A stretch of 64,000 nucleotides of DNA from an uncultured Bacteroidales bacterium (GTDB lineage Bacteria; Bacteroidota; Bacteroidia; Bacteroidales; Bacteroidaceae): the NCBI GenBank assembly GCA_902789725.1, contig CADAPC010000028.1, positions 309 to 64,308 on the forward strand, written 5' to 3'. Shown piece by piece: positions 16,367 to 25,061 of this stretch. Numbering within the stretch: the first letter of the stretch is position 1; each line of letters opens with the position of its first letter. The position numbers were made by a program, and so were the translations under genes. The notes under the pieces are model-generated. The model searched no databases and had not been told where the DNA came from. It saw only the letters and a list, made by a program, of their open reading frames with translations.

Positions 16367-18223
16367 ATGACTGAAAAGATAAATATTCGTAAACTGGAAG
16401 CTGACCTTTGGGAGTCGGCAGACCTGCTTCGTGCAGGAAGTAAACTCACATCGAGCCAATACTGTATGCCGGTATTGGCATTGCTGTTTCTAAGGTACGC
16501 ATATAGTCGCTTCAAGATGGTTGAAGCTGAATTGCTGAAGAATCGTCCAAGTCGTGGTGGTCGCGTAATGCCTGTTGAACCAAGTGACTTTGCTGCTAAA
16601 AGTGCGCTCTACCTTCCTCGTGAGGCTCAGTTTGACTATCTGGTAAATCTGTCGGATGACCAACCTTTGGGCGAAGCTGTCAATCGCGCTATGACTCTGG
16701 TCGAAGAACAAAGCGAACAGTTGACAGGTATTCTGCCTAAATCATACACTATGTTCAGCGATGAACTGTTGCGTGAACTCCTTCGTATCTTTAATAACAA
16801 GACACTCGACGAAATCGGTGGCGATGTTATAGGTCGTATTTATGAGTACTTCCTCAGCAAGTTTGCTAAGGCAGTAGCATCAGACGATGGTGTGTTCTTC
16901 ACTCCTAAGTCTTTGGTAAAGATGCTCGTAAATGTACTGGAGCCAGAACAGGGCGTAATGCTTGATCCTGCTTGTGGTTCGGGAGGTATGTTCGTTCAAA
17001 CTGGCGACTTTGTGAATGCAGGTGGTATGAATGCCAATACACAGATGACCTTCTACGGTCAGGAAAAGGTGGAATACAATGCCCAACTCTGTCTGATGAA
17101 CATGGCAGTACACGGTTTGAATGGCAGGATTGTCTCTGGTGATGAGGCTAACTCCTTCTATCATGATGCACACAACCTTGCAGGAAAGTGTGACTACGTG
17201 ATGGCGAATCCTCCATTCAATGTTGATAAAGTAAAGTCGGAATCAGCATCTGCTGCTGGTCGTCTGCCATTCGGCTTGCCTGGTGTTAATGCAAAGACAA
17301 AAGAGATTGGTAATGCCAACTATCTCTGGATTTCATATTTCTATGCCTACCTCAACGACCATGGTCGTGCAGGATTTGTTATGGCATCATCGGCGACGGA
17401 TAGTGCCAACAAGGATCGTGACATCCGTGAAAAGCTTGTTCTTACAGGCGATGTGGATGTTATGGTGAGTGTGGGCAACAACTTCTTCTACACCCTCTCG
17501 CTCCCTTGCTCGCTGTGGTTCTTTGACAAGGCAAAGCGTTTAGAGAATAAGAATCGTGTACTTTTCATTGATGCCCGCAACTATTATACCGTTGTTGACC
17601 GTACTCTTAATGAATGGTCAGAATGGCAATTGAAAAACTTGCAAGCTATTGTCCATCTGTATCGTGGAGAACAGAACAAGTATAAGGCGCTTATCAATGA
17701 GTATTGGAATGCACTTAGCGAACATGCCGAGAGGCATGACAATGCAGCATGGCAAGATCGTGACATGACTTTCGAGAAAGCCCTCGGTGTACTCAACTCC
17801 GAGGAGGCGATGTACAAAAAGTATATCAAAGACCAACAAGATGCCCTCAAAAAGACAAAAGGGAAAAAGGAGAAGGATGAACTGAAGGCTGTCATTACCT
17901 CCAATGAGGCGGAACTTGCTGTTACTCTTGAAGCCAAGGATATGGTAAACGAAGCCATTTGGCTCACTTCAAAGTTCGGTCTTGAAGGCGAATATCAGGA
18001 TGTGCTTGGTCTTTGCAAGATTGCCACTATTCAGGAGATAGAGGAAAAGAACTACAGTCTTACCCCCGGTGCATACGTGGGTGTTGCCGAAGTCGAGGAC
18101 GATGGCGTTGACTTCCATGAGCGTATGAATGAAATCCATACAGAACTCGCCTCTCTCAACAAAGAAGCCAATGTGCTAATGAGTGAGATCATGAAGGAAT
18201 GGGAAACTCTTAACACGAAGTAA
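16367..18223 (+). CDS. hsdM: type I restriction-modification system methyltransferase subunit M
   Basis: HsdM N-terminal pattern LWESADLLRAGSKLTSSQY, SAM motif DPACGSGGMF and catalytic NPPFN. The track ORF starts at TTG 16358; the first ATG is at 16367. There is a long K/E-rich C-terminal helical extension. Confidence 0.9.
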   Translation: MTEKINIRKLEADLWESADLLRAGSKLTSSQYCMPVLALLFLRYAYSRFKMVEAELLKNRPSRGGRVMPVEPSDFAAKSALYLPREAQFDYLVNLSDDQPLGEAVNRAMTLVEEQSEQLTGILPKSYTMFSDELLRELLRIFNNKTLDEIGGDVIGRIYEYFLSKFAKAVASDDGVFFTPKSLVKMLVNVLEPEQGVMLDPACGSGGMFVQTGDFVNAGGMNANTQMTFYGQEKVEYNAQLCLMNMAVHGLNGRIVSGDEANSFYHDAHNLAGKCDYVMANPPFNVDKVKSESASAAGRLPFGLPGVNAKTKEIGNANYLWISYFYAYLNDHGRAGFVMASSATDSANKDRDIREKLVLTGDVDVMVSVGNNFFYTLSLPCSLWFFDKAKRLENKNRVLFIDARNYYTVVDRTLNEWSEWQLKNLQAIVHLYRGEQNKYKALINEYWNALSEHAERHDNAAWQDRDMTFEKALGVLNSEEAMYKKYIKDQQDALKKTKGKKEKDELKAVITSNEAELAVTLEAKDMVNEAIWLTSKFGLEGEYQDVLGLCKIATIQEIEEKNYSLTPGAYVGVAEVEDDGVDFHERMNEIHTELASLNKEANVLMSEIMKEWETLNTK

Positions 18224-18226
18224 ATC

Positions 18227-18778
18227 ATGGCAAACGAGATAAAACCAATAGGGTCAACCGATATTTCAGCAATGGGTGCAGTAGTTGGAATTTTGATGAC
18301 TGACCTCCGCCAAATCATTGACGAAGCGCGAATCCATGTGGCATCTACAGCCAACTATGAGCTTACCATGATGTACTGGCATATTGGCGAGCGAATTAAC
18401 CGCGACGTGCTTGGAAATGAACGAGCTGCATACGGAAAACAAATTATCGCAACAGTGTCACGACAATTACAAGCATGGTATGGTAGCAAGGGCTTTGAGG
18501 AGAGAACAATTAGGAGAATGGTACAATTTGCGCAAGAATTCCCTGATTGGCAAATAGTGTCACCGCTGGTGTCAAAATTGTCTTGGACTCATTTCCTGAC
18601 TATTATGACACTGAAAGACCCACTTCAACGAGAGTTTTATCTTACAATGGCATCAAACGAGAGGTGGAGTAAACGTACACTTCAATCAAAGATTGATGGA
18701 ATGCTATACGAGCGTACTGCATTGTCGTCAGTCGCAAAAGCTAAATGGGGAAATGGAAGAAAGGAGGATGAGGTATGA
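18227..18778 (+). CDS. DUF1016 (YhcG-like) N-terminal-domain-only protein; the PD-(D/E)xK nuclease half is absent
   Basis: ELTMMYWHIGERINRDVLGNERAAYGKQII...LSWTHFLTIMTLKDPLQREFYL...ERWSKRTLQSKIDGMLYERTALS matches my recollection of the DUF1016 N-domain. The protein ends at 183 aa, and its last 4 nt overlap the hsdS ATG. Confidence 0.65.
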   Translation: MANEIKPIGSTDISAMGAVVGILMTDLRQIIDEARIHVASTANYELTMMYWHIGERINRDVLGNERAAYGKQIIATVSRQLQAWYGSKGFEERTIRRMVQFAQEFPDWQIVSPLVSKLSWTHFLTIMTLKDPLQREFYLTMASNERWSKRTLQSKIDGMLYERTALSSVAKAKWGNGRKEDEV

Positions 18779-19911
18779 GTGAGTGGAAGAAAGTGAAGTT
18801 GGGAGATATTCTTCAAGTAAAGAAAGGTGAATACATCACAAAGAAAGAAGCGCATGATGGTATTTATCCTGTTATTCTTGGAGGAAAAGAACCTGCTTAC
18901 TATATTGACAAATACAATCATACTGGGAAGGCTATTGTCATATCAAGAAGTGGTGCTTCTGCTGGATATGTATCATTTTGGAATGAGCCATTATTTGTAA
19001 CCGATGGATTCCTAATTGAACCCAAAGACACGCTAACATACGAATTCCTTTATTATGCATTGAAAAGCAAACAATCCCTTCTACATAATGCACAAAAAGG
19101 AGCAGCCATTCCGCATGTCACGCCATCTCTTATTGGAGATATAGACTTTTTTTTGCCAAGTGCAGATACCCAGCACCGCATCGCCACCATCCTCTCTCGC
19201 TACGACTCATTGATAGAGAACTATCAGAAGCAGATAAAGCTATTGGAGGAAGCAGCGCAGAGGCTCTATAAAGAATGGTTCGTTGACCTCCATTTCCCCG
19301 GACACGAAAACACAAAGATTGTCGATGGTGTGCCTGAGGGGTGGGAGAAGAAGAAAGTCAACTCCATCATTGAATTACAAAGCGGTTTTGCTTTCCAGAG
19401 CTCATCCTTTGACGAAAGTGGTGCATACAAGATTGTTACAATCAAGAACGTAAAAGATGGTGCCTTTGACTGTGATAATGTTAGCAGAATTTCTGCAATT
19501 CCGAAAAAGATGCCTAAACATTGTGCACTTACAGATGGTGACATTCTCCTTTCGCTTACAGGTAACGTCGGTAGAATTTGTATCGTAAATGGTAAGGACT
19601 ACTTGCTAAACCAGCGAGTTGCCAAACTGAAAACGGATTTCAAAGCATTTACTTACTGTCTTTTCAGAAGCAGAGAAATGTTTATTGAAGTGAATAATCT
19701 AGCAAATGGTGTTGCCCAACAAAACGTAAGCCCTATAAGAATTGGAGAAATGAAAATACTTCTGCCAAACAAAGAAGTTCTGCATAAATTTGAATCAATA
19801 ACTTCCAAATCGATTGTTGGCATAATCTCCTTTCAATCTCAAATCCGCCTCCTCACCGAAGCTCGTGACCGCTTGCTTCCCAAACTGATGAGCGGCGAGA
19901 TAGAAATATAG
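18775..19911 (+). CDS. hsdS: type I restriction-modification system specificity subunit S
   Basis: Two variable target-recognition halves are separated by the conserved IATILSRYDSLIENYQKQIKLLEEAAQRLYKEWFVDLHFPG. It ends with the distal conserved QIRLLTEARDRLLPKLMSGEIEI. Confidence 0.9.
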   Translation: MSEWKKVKLGDILQVKKGEYITKKEAHDGIYPVILGGKEPAYYIDKYNHTGKAIVISRSGASAGYVSFWNEPLFVTDGFLIEPKDTLTYEFLYYALKSKQSLLHNAQKGAAIPHVTPSLIGDIDFFLPSADTQHRIATILSRYDSLIENYQKQIKLLEEAAQRLYKEWFVDLHFPGHENTKIVDGVPEGWEKKKVNSIIELQSGFAFQSSSFDESGAYKIVTIKNVKDGAFDCDNVSRISAIPKKMPKHCALTDGDILLSLTGNVGRICIVNGKDYLLNQRVAKLKTDFKAFTYCLFRSREMFIEVNNLANGVAQQNVSPIRIGEMKILLPNKEVLHKFESITSKSIVGIISFQSQIRLLTEARDRLLPKLMSGEIEI

Positions 19912-19938
19912 AATAATAAACAAATTAAATAAGGTAAC

Positions 19939-21063
19939 ATGAAAGAGTATTTAAGAATTCAGAACTTTGGACCGATTGTAGATATTGAATTAGACGACAT
20001 CGCTCCTCTAACCATTCTTATAGGAGAATCTGGTAGTGGTAAGAGTACCGTTATGAAAGTACTCTCAATGTTCAGATGGATATATAAGCGTATCGTTTTA
20101 CGTTCCTATGTTCGGCAAGCAAAAATCAAAAAAACAGGCATCGGTATTCAGATGAAAACCTTATTAAAGACCTCACAACTGAGTGAGTACATAAAGTCAG
20201 ACTCTGAAATCGTCTATTGTAGAGGCGACTATTCGATAGTTTATTCAAATGGCAAATTGAATGCTCAGGCCGACATTCCAGCTGATGACCTCAGTCTGGA
20301 AAAAATATGCTATATCTCGGATAAGCGTTCAATGATTCCTGATTTCTTGGAAAATAAAATAGAAAAAAAGAATGCAAACTATCATTTGCAGGATACCTTA
20401 GAAAATTTCCTACTTGCGGCTGACTCTATCCGCCAATTACCCTTGGATTATCTCAACGTGGAGTTGAAAATTGAAAAAGGGACCCAAGGTGACAAATATA
20501 TGATAAAAGGAACTAATGGCACCCCATGCTCCATCCAATTGCGCAACTCATCATCAGGTATGCAGACGGTAACGCCATTAAGTTTAATAGTTGAGTACTA
20601 TGCAAAGAAATTCGACTCGCAGAAGTCTATGAACTCTTCATTGTTTAGTTACCTGCAAGACAATGACAAACTAGACGTTTTTAATACTGCAAAGAATATT
20701 GGTGAAATACAATCTAAAAATGTACATTTGTTTATTGAAGAACCAGAGTTAAGCCTTTATCCTGAGAGCCAAAGAAGCCTGATAGACTTCTTGGTTAACA
20801 GATGCTTTATGAATGAGCATCCATATAATATGACTCTTATGATGGCTACGCATAGTCCATATATAGTAAATTACCTGAATGTTCTTATTCGTAGAACCAA
20901 GGAGCAGGGCCTTTCATTTATTCGCCCTGATGACGTTAATGTATATGAGATTTTTGAAGGAAATGCAGGACCTTTGAAGACTCTCAACGATAGACCCATT
21001 ATCGATACTCGATCCATGTCTGACCCAATAACGGAAATGTACACTGAATTTAACAGTTTATAG
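19939..21063 (+). CDS. ABC/SMC-like (AAA_15/AAA_21-type) ATPase, candidate defence-system component
   Basis: N-terminal RIQNFGPI...LTILIGESGSGKST (Walker A), ABC-signature-like NSSSGMQ, Walker B HLFIEEPELSLYPESQ and H-loop MATHSPYIV. A hand count of 20041-20140 gives 36 G+C per 100 nt, against 53 per 100 in hsdR at 22001-22100. Confidence 0.8.
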   Translation: MKEYLRIQNFGPIVDIELDDIAPLTILIGESGSGKSTVMKVLSMFRWIYKRIVLRSYVRQAKIKKTGIGIQMKTLLKTSQLSEYIKSDSEIVYCRGDYSIVYSNGKLNAQADIPADDLSLEKICYISDKRSMIPDFLENKIEKKNANYHLQDTLENFLLAADSIRQLPLDYLNVELKIEKGTQGDKYMIKGTNGTPCSIQLRNSSSGMQTVTPLSLIVEYYAKKFDSQKSMNSSLFSYLQDNDKLDVFNTAKNIGEIQSKNVHLFIEEPELSLYPESQRSLIDFLVNRCFMNEHPYNMTLMMATHSPYIVNYLNVLIRRTKEQGLSFIRPDDVNVYEIFEGNAGPLKTLNDRPIIDTRSMSDPITEMYTEFNSL

Positions 21064-21065
21064 GT

Positions 21066-21731
21066 ATGGAACAGATTCTAAAGAGTGAAATAATTGCAAT
21101 ATTAAATAAAATCCAAAGAGGTTCTGCTCCAAAACTGACGGACAATGACATTGTTCCTAATTTTGTTGTAATTTCAGACCATAAGTTTGACCTCGTCGAT
21201 TCTAAGGATGGTTCTCCTGTTAGAGATTTTGAAACTGGTACAGCACATTACATTAATGGTAACGAAGGTGATACATATAATCTGAAGATTATCTGTTACG
21301 ATGATTTCCTTCATCAATTTACCTACGATGATGGAATAGGTCATGCACATGTCAGCAGGTTAAAAAATGGTGTAAGGGTTTCAGATTTTCTTGTCTATGA
21401 AGAGGGTGAATCGAAAGCTCTGTTCATTGTTCACGAATTGTCTGATGAAAATTCCAGCAAAAAAATTAGGGTAGCAAGAAAACAATTGTCAGATACTTTG
21501 AATCAACTATATCAGTCTGAAGTGATAGGTAGGTTTATAGATGCCTTTAAAAACAAAAAGTGTTACCTGTCTGCAAAGGATAGCCGAAAAATCGTAGAAA
21601 CAGAGGGGATGGCAGATGGTTTTAATGAAATATACAGAGTTTTGCCAGAGCCGATACAATTCAATTGGGGCCAAATCGAAACACATGGTTTTTCTGCTTT
21701 TGAGACAAGTTATGTAAATCTTCCCAAATAG
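21066..21731 (+). CDS. hypothetical 221-aa protein, partner of the upstream ATPase; no family recognised
   Basis: The ORF starts 2 nt after the ATPase stop and ends 9 nt before the hsdR ATG. It has no signal peptide or TM helix. I see no Toprim EG..TE/DxD, HNH or HEPN motif. A weak PD-(D/E)xK-like stretch is VSDFLVYEEGESKALFIVHELSD. Confidence 0.6.
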   Translation: MEQILKSEIIAILNKIQRGSAPKLTDNDIVPNFVVISDHKFDLVDSKDGSPVRDFETGTAHYINGNEGDTYNLKIICYDDFLHQFTYDDGIGHAHVSRLKNGVRVSDFLVYEEGESKALFIVHELSDENSSKKIRVARKQLSDTLNQLYQSEVIGRFIDAFKNKKCYLSAKDSRKIVETEGMADGFNEIYRVLPEPIQFNWGQIETHGFSAFETSYVNLPK

Positions 21732-21740
21732 GTTTTTAAT

Positions 21741-24700
21741 ATGGCAAAGGACTATAGCGAAGACCAATTAATACAGAAATCGACAGCCGAACTCTTGGAA
21801 AAAGAGCTTGGATGGAAGTCTGTGTATGCTTTCGACAATGAGGTACTTGGTGAACAAGGCACGCTGGGACGCAAGAATCAGAGCGAGGTCGTGCTGACAC
21901 GGCATCTTCGCTTGGCCTTGAAACGTCTGAATCCATGGATGACCGACAAGCAGTTGACAGAAGCCATCGAGCGCATGACCAGCTACATGAGCTCGCAGAC
22001 GCTGATGCAGATTAACGAGGAGAAGTATGGTTACGTGCGTGATGGTGTGCCTGTCACTCGCCTGAAGCCTAATGGCGAGACTGAACTGGTACGTGCCAAG
22101 GTTATGGACTTTGCCAATGTGGATAACAACGAGTTTATTGCAGTCAGAGAACTTTGGATAAAGGGGCCTATCCACAAACGCAGAGCAGATGTGGTGTGCT
22201 TCGTGAATGGTCTTCCGCTTATCTTCATCGAACTGAAGAATCATGACCAGGACATACAGAATGCTTATACCGACAACTATCGCGACTACCTTGACACCAT
22301 ACCGCATTTATTCCACCACAATGCCATGATTATGCTGAGCAATGGCATGGAAAGCCGTGTGGGTACAGTGGGTGCCAAGTGGGAGTTCTTCCATGAATGG
22401 AAACGACTGACGGAGTTGGATCACGGAAATATCGAATTGCCAACGATGCTGCGTGGTATCTGTAAGAAAGAGAACCTGCTGGATTTGCTTGAAAACTTCA
22501 TCCTCTTCGACCATAGCGGAGGTTCAACCGTCAAGATTCTGGCACGCAACCACCAGTACCTGGGTGTAAACCAAGCAGTGGAGATGTATCGCCATCGTGA
22601 GGAAATGAAAGGTAAACTGGGCGTGTTTTGGCACACCCAGGGCTCTGGTAAGAGCTATTCGATGGTATTCCTGGCTCAGAAGATCAGACGTAAGTTTGAA
22701 GGCTCGCCAACGATTGTGGTGCTGACCGATCGCGATGAGTTGAACAAACAGATAAGTGACACCTTCGAGAATTGCGGACTGTTGGGAGGATTGAAAGCCA
22801 AGCAGTTCATTGCACATAGCGGTGATGATCTTCGGCAGAAGCTGACCGGCAATCCTTCGTTCATCTTTTCGCTGATACAGAAGTTCAACAAGGCAGACGC
22901 AGAACCTATCTATCCTGATCATGACATCATCGTGATGAGTGACGAAGCACACCGTACACAGAATGGTGTTTTTGCCGACAACCTCATGCACATGTTGCCA
23001 ACAGCAAATCGTATTGGTTTCACCGGTACGCCTTTGTTGCGAGACGATAATATCACAGCTCGTACCTTCGGGCAGTATGTCTCTGTGTATGACTTCAAAC
23101 GTGCCGTAGAGGATAAGGCAACGGTTCCTCTCTACTATGAGAATCGCGGTGAGAAACTTCAAGAGCTGAAGAATCCGGAAATCAATGCAGAGATTGCCGC
23201 CAGATTGGATGAAGAGGACTTGGATCCTTCACAGCAAGCTAAACTAGAGCGTGAGTTTGCACAGGAAGTACATTTGTTGACCGCCGAGAAACGACTGCGA
23301 GTGGTGGCACAGGACTTTGTGCGTCACTATAGCGACTTGTGGACAAGCGGTAAGGCCATGATGGTAAGCTTCAACAAGGTAACTTGCGTCCGCATGTATA
23401 ACTACGTGCAGGAGTATTGGCAAAAAGAGATAAAGGCTCTACGCAAACGTATTGAGCAAGATCCATGGCAACAGGAAGTTCAGGAGATGAAGCGTAAGCT
23501 GCAATGGATGGAAGAAACGGAAATGGCGGTGGTGGTATCGCAGGAGCAGAACGAGATACAGACATTCAAGAAATGGCGACTTGACATCACTCCACATCGA
23601 GAGAAGATGGAGAAAAGGGAGTTGGACAAGGAGTTCAAGGATGCCGACAGCAAACTGCGGGTGGTCTTTGTCTGCGCCATGTGGCTGACAGGCTTTGACG
23701 TGAAAACGCTGTCATGCCTTTATATTGACAAACCCATGAAGGCGCATACCTTGATGCAGACCATTGCCCGTGCTAACCGTGTGGCAGAAGGTAAGTCGAA
23801 CGGTCTTGTGATTGACTATATAGGTATTGTGAAAGCACTCCGTCAAGCGCTAGCTGACTATACGGCTAATCCTGACGGCGGAGACGGCGGCAACGACCCG
23901 ACAGTCAACAAGGAAGAACTGATAAAGAATGTTTGGGAAATTATAGCGACAGCAGAAGCATTCCTGCATGATAAAGGTTTTGAATTGCAGGAGCTCATTG
24001 AGGCCATGTCGTTTGAGAAGCTATCCCTTCTGAAGAAGGCAGCGAACCTGCTTTGTGATACTATCGAAACCCGTAAGTCGTTCTGCACATTTGCGACTAC
24101 CTTGCTCAAACTTTGGAAATATCTCGATCGTGAAGATATAACTGAAGACATGCGCAAAAAGAAAGATGCTCTGGAAGCCATCTACAAGGAATTGCAGAAA
24201 AAGCGTAAGCACGCGGACATCACAGACTTGAGTGTAGCAATCAATGATATTGTCAATGAGTATCTTGAAATAGATTCCAATGCTATGATGGTTGCTGATG
24301 GTGATGGACGTAAATTTGACATCAGCGGTATCGACTTCGATTTATTGCGAAGAGAGTTTGCCAAGCGTGAAGACAAGAATCTCGTACTAAGAGACATTCA
24401 AGACTTACTTCTGGAACGTCTGGCTCGACTATTAGCAGAGAATCCATCCAGAATTAACTTTTACGAAAAGTATCAGGAGATTATTCAAGCGTACAACCAG
24501 GAGCAGAATCGCGCAACGATAGAGAAGACCTTCGAGGAGTTGATGCATCTGTCTCAATCTCTCAGCGAAGAAGAGAAGCGTTATGTACGAGAAGGATTCA
24601 AGAGTGATGAAGAGCTATCGCTCTATGACCTCCTATTGAAAGACAATTTGTCAAAGACAGAAGTCAAAAAGCTGAAGGATGTAGCCATAGAGTTGCTTGC

Positions 24701-24890
24701 CAAAATAAAGGAACAGTTGGCTGGTATGGATCATCCATTTGACAAGCCAACGACTCGTGCTACTCTTATCATTACCATACGTGATGTTTTGTGGCAAGAA
24801 CTTCCAGAGAGTTATAGCGAAGAAAGTATAAACTACTACCGAGATACCATTTACAACTATGTTAGTCAAAGATATGGTGGTGTGGCATAA
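21741..24890 (+). CDS. hsdR: type I restriction endonuclease subunit R
   Basis: N-terminal nuclease motif RADVVCFVNGLPLIFIELKN. Helicase motifs are I HTQGSGKS, II VMSDEAHRTQ, III GFTGTPL and VI QTIARANR. 1049 aa. Confidence 0.92.
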   Translation: MAKDYSEDQLIQKSTAELLEKELGWKSVYAFDNEVLGEQGTLGRKNQSEVVLTRHLRLALKRLNPWMTDKQLTEAIERMTSYMSSQTLMQINEEKYGYVRDGVPVTRLKPNGETELVRAKVMDFANVDNNEFIAVRELWIKGPIHKRRADVVCFVNGLPLIFIELKNHDQDIQNAYTDNYRDYLDTIPHLFHHNAMIMLSNGMESRVGTVGAKWEFFHEWKRLTELDHGNIELPTMLRGICKKENLLDLLENFILFDHSGGSTVKILARNHQYLGVNQAVEMYRHREEMKGKLGVFWHTQGSGKSYSMVFLAQKIRRKFEGSPTIVVLTDRDELNKQISDTFENCGLLGGLKAKQFIAHSGDDLRQKLTGNPSFIFSLIQKFNKADAEPIYPDHDIIVMSDEAHRTQNGVFADNLMHMLPTANRIGFTGTPLLRDDNITARTFGQYVSVYDFKRAVEDKATVPLYYENRGEKLQELKNPEINAEIAARLDEEDLDPSQQAKLEREFAQEVHLLTAEKRLRVVAQDFVRHYSDLWTSGKAMMVSFNKVTCVRMYNYVQEYWQKEIKALRKRIEQDPWQQEVQEMKRKLQWMEETEMAVVVSQEQNEIQTFKKWRLDITPHREKMEKRELDKEFKDADSKLRVVFVCAMWLTGFDVKTLSCLYIDKPMKAHTLMQTIARANRVAEGKSNGLVIDYIGIVKALRQALADYTANPDGGDGGNDPTVNKEELIKNVWEIIATAEAFLHDKGFELQELIEAMSFEKLSLLKKAANLLCDTIETRKSFCTFATTLLKLWKYLDREDITEDMRKKKDALEAIYKELQKKRKHADITDLSVAINDIVNEYLEIDSNAMMVADGDGRKFDISGIDFDLLRREFAKREDKNLVLRDIQDLLLERLARLLAENPSRINFYEKYQEIIQAYNQEQNRATIEKTFEELMHLSQSLSEEEKRYVREGFKSDEELSLYDLLLKDNLSKTEVKKLKDVAIELLAKIKEQLAGMDHPFDKPTTRATLIITIRDVLWQELPESYSEESINYYRDTIYNYVSQRYGGVA

Positions 24891-24908
24891 AACTAAGAAT
24901 GGACGAAA

Positions 24909-25061
24909 ATGAATCGACTCGTTATCATAGGCAATGGCTTTGATATGGCACATGGTCTTAAAACCAGTTATATGGAAAAAACTTGCAGAGTAGATGTTTT
25001 CAGGGTTAGCGAGTTCAGGGTAGGAGCACGATACCTTCCTTTTTCATGCCATCAATCTTGA
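24909..25061 (+). pseudogene. truncated AbiH-like abortive-infection gene remnant (only about 22 N-terminal codons retained)
   Basis: The 50-codon ORF begins MNRLVIIGNGFDMAHGLKTSYME. This matches the characteristic AbiH-family N-terminus (..IIGNGFDLAHGL.T.Y..F) as I remember it. The rest is unrelated sequence running antisense into the next gene. Confidence 0.5.

Noticed and set aside
15935-16515. Minus-strand ORFs of 86 aa and 133 aa overlapping the HTH gene and the hsdM start
   Set aside because: They lie antisense to well-supported genes or in AT-rich noncoding DNA, and their K/I/F/L-rich low-complexity translations show no motifs.
18775-19911. An hsdS shufflon or phase-variable specificity system
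   Set aside because: There is only one hsdS gene. The window contains no silent hsdS fragments, no inverted hsdS repeats and no recombinase.
21066-21731. Assigning the 221-aa protein to RloB/AbiLii, AriB (DUF4435), DUF4276 or PtuB (HNH)
   Set aside because: I could find neither the N-terminal EG..TE/Toprim DxD pattern nor an HNH/Cys-His pattern. Naming it would be unsupported, so it is left as unknown.
22524-23162. 212-aa antisense ORF inside hsdR; similar long antisense ORFs inside FAS1, secY, SusD, SusC and GH43 genes (36217..37233, 53013..54035, 29522..30187, 41236..41943, 46927..47559)
   Set aside because: Each is embedded in a gene with strong family signatures on the opposite strand, and none shows motifs of its own.
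24999-25024. The direct repeat TTCAGGGT(T)AG x2 as a target-site duplication of the island
   Set aside because: The two copies are only 15 bp apart on the same side of the island, and no matching copy is found at the left boundary (15318-16144).
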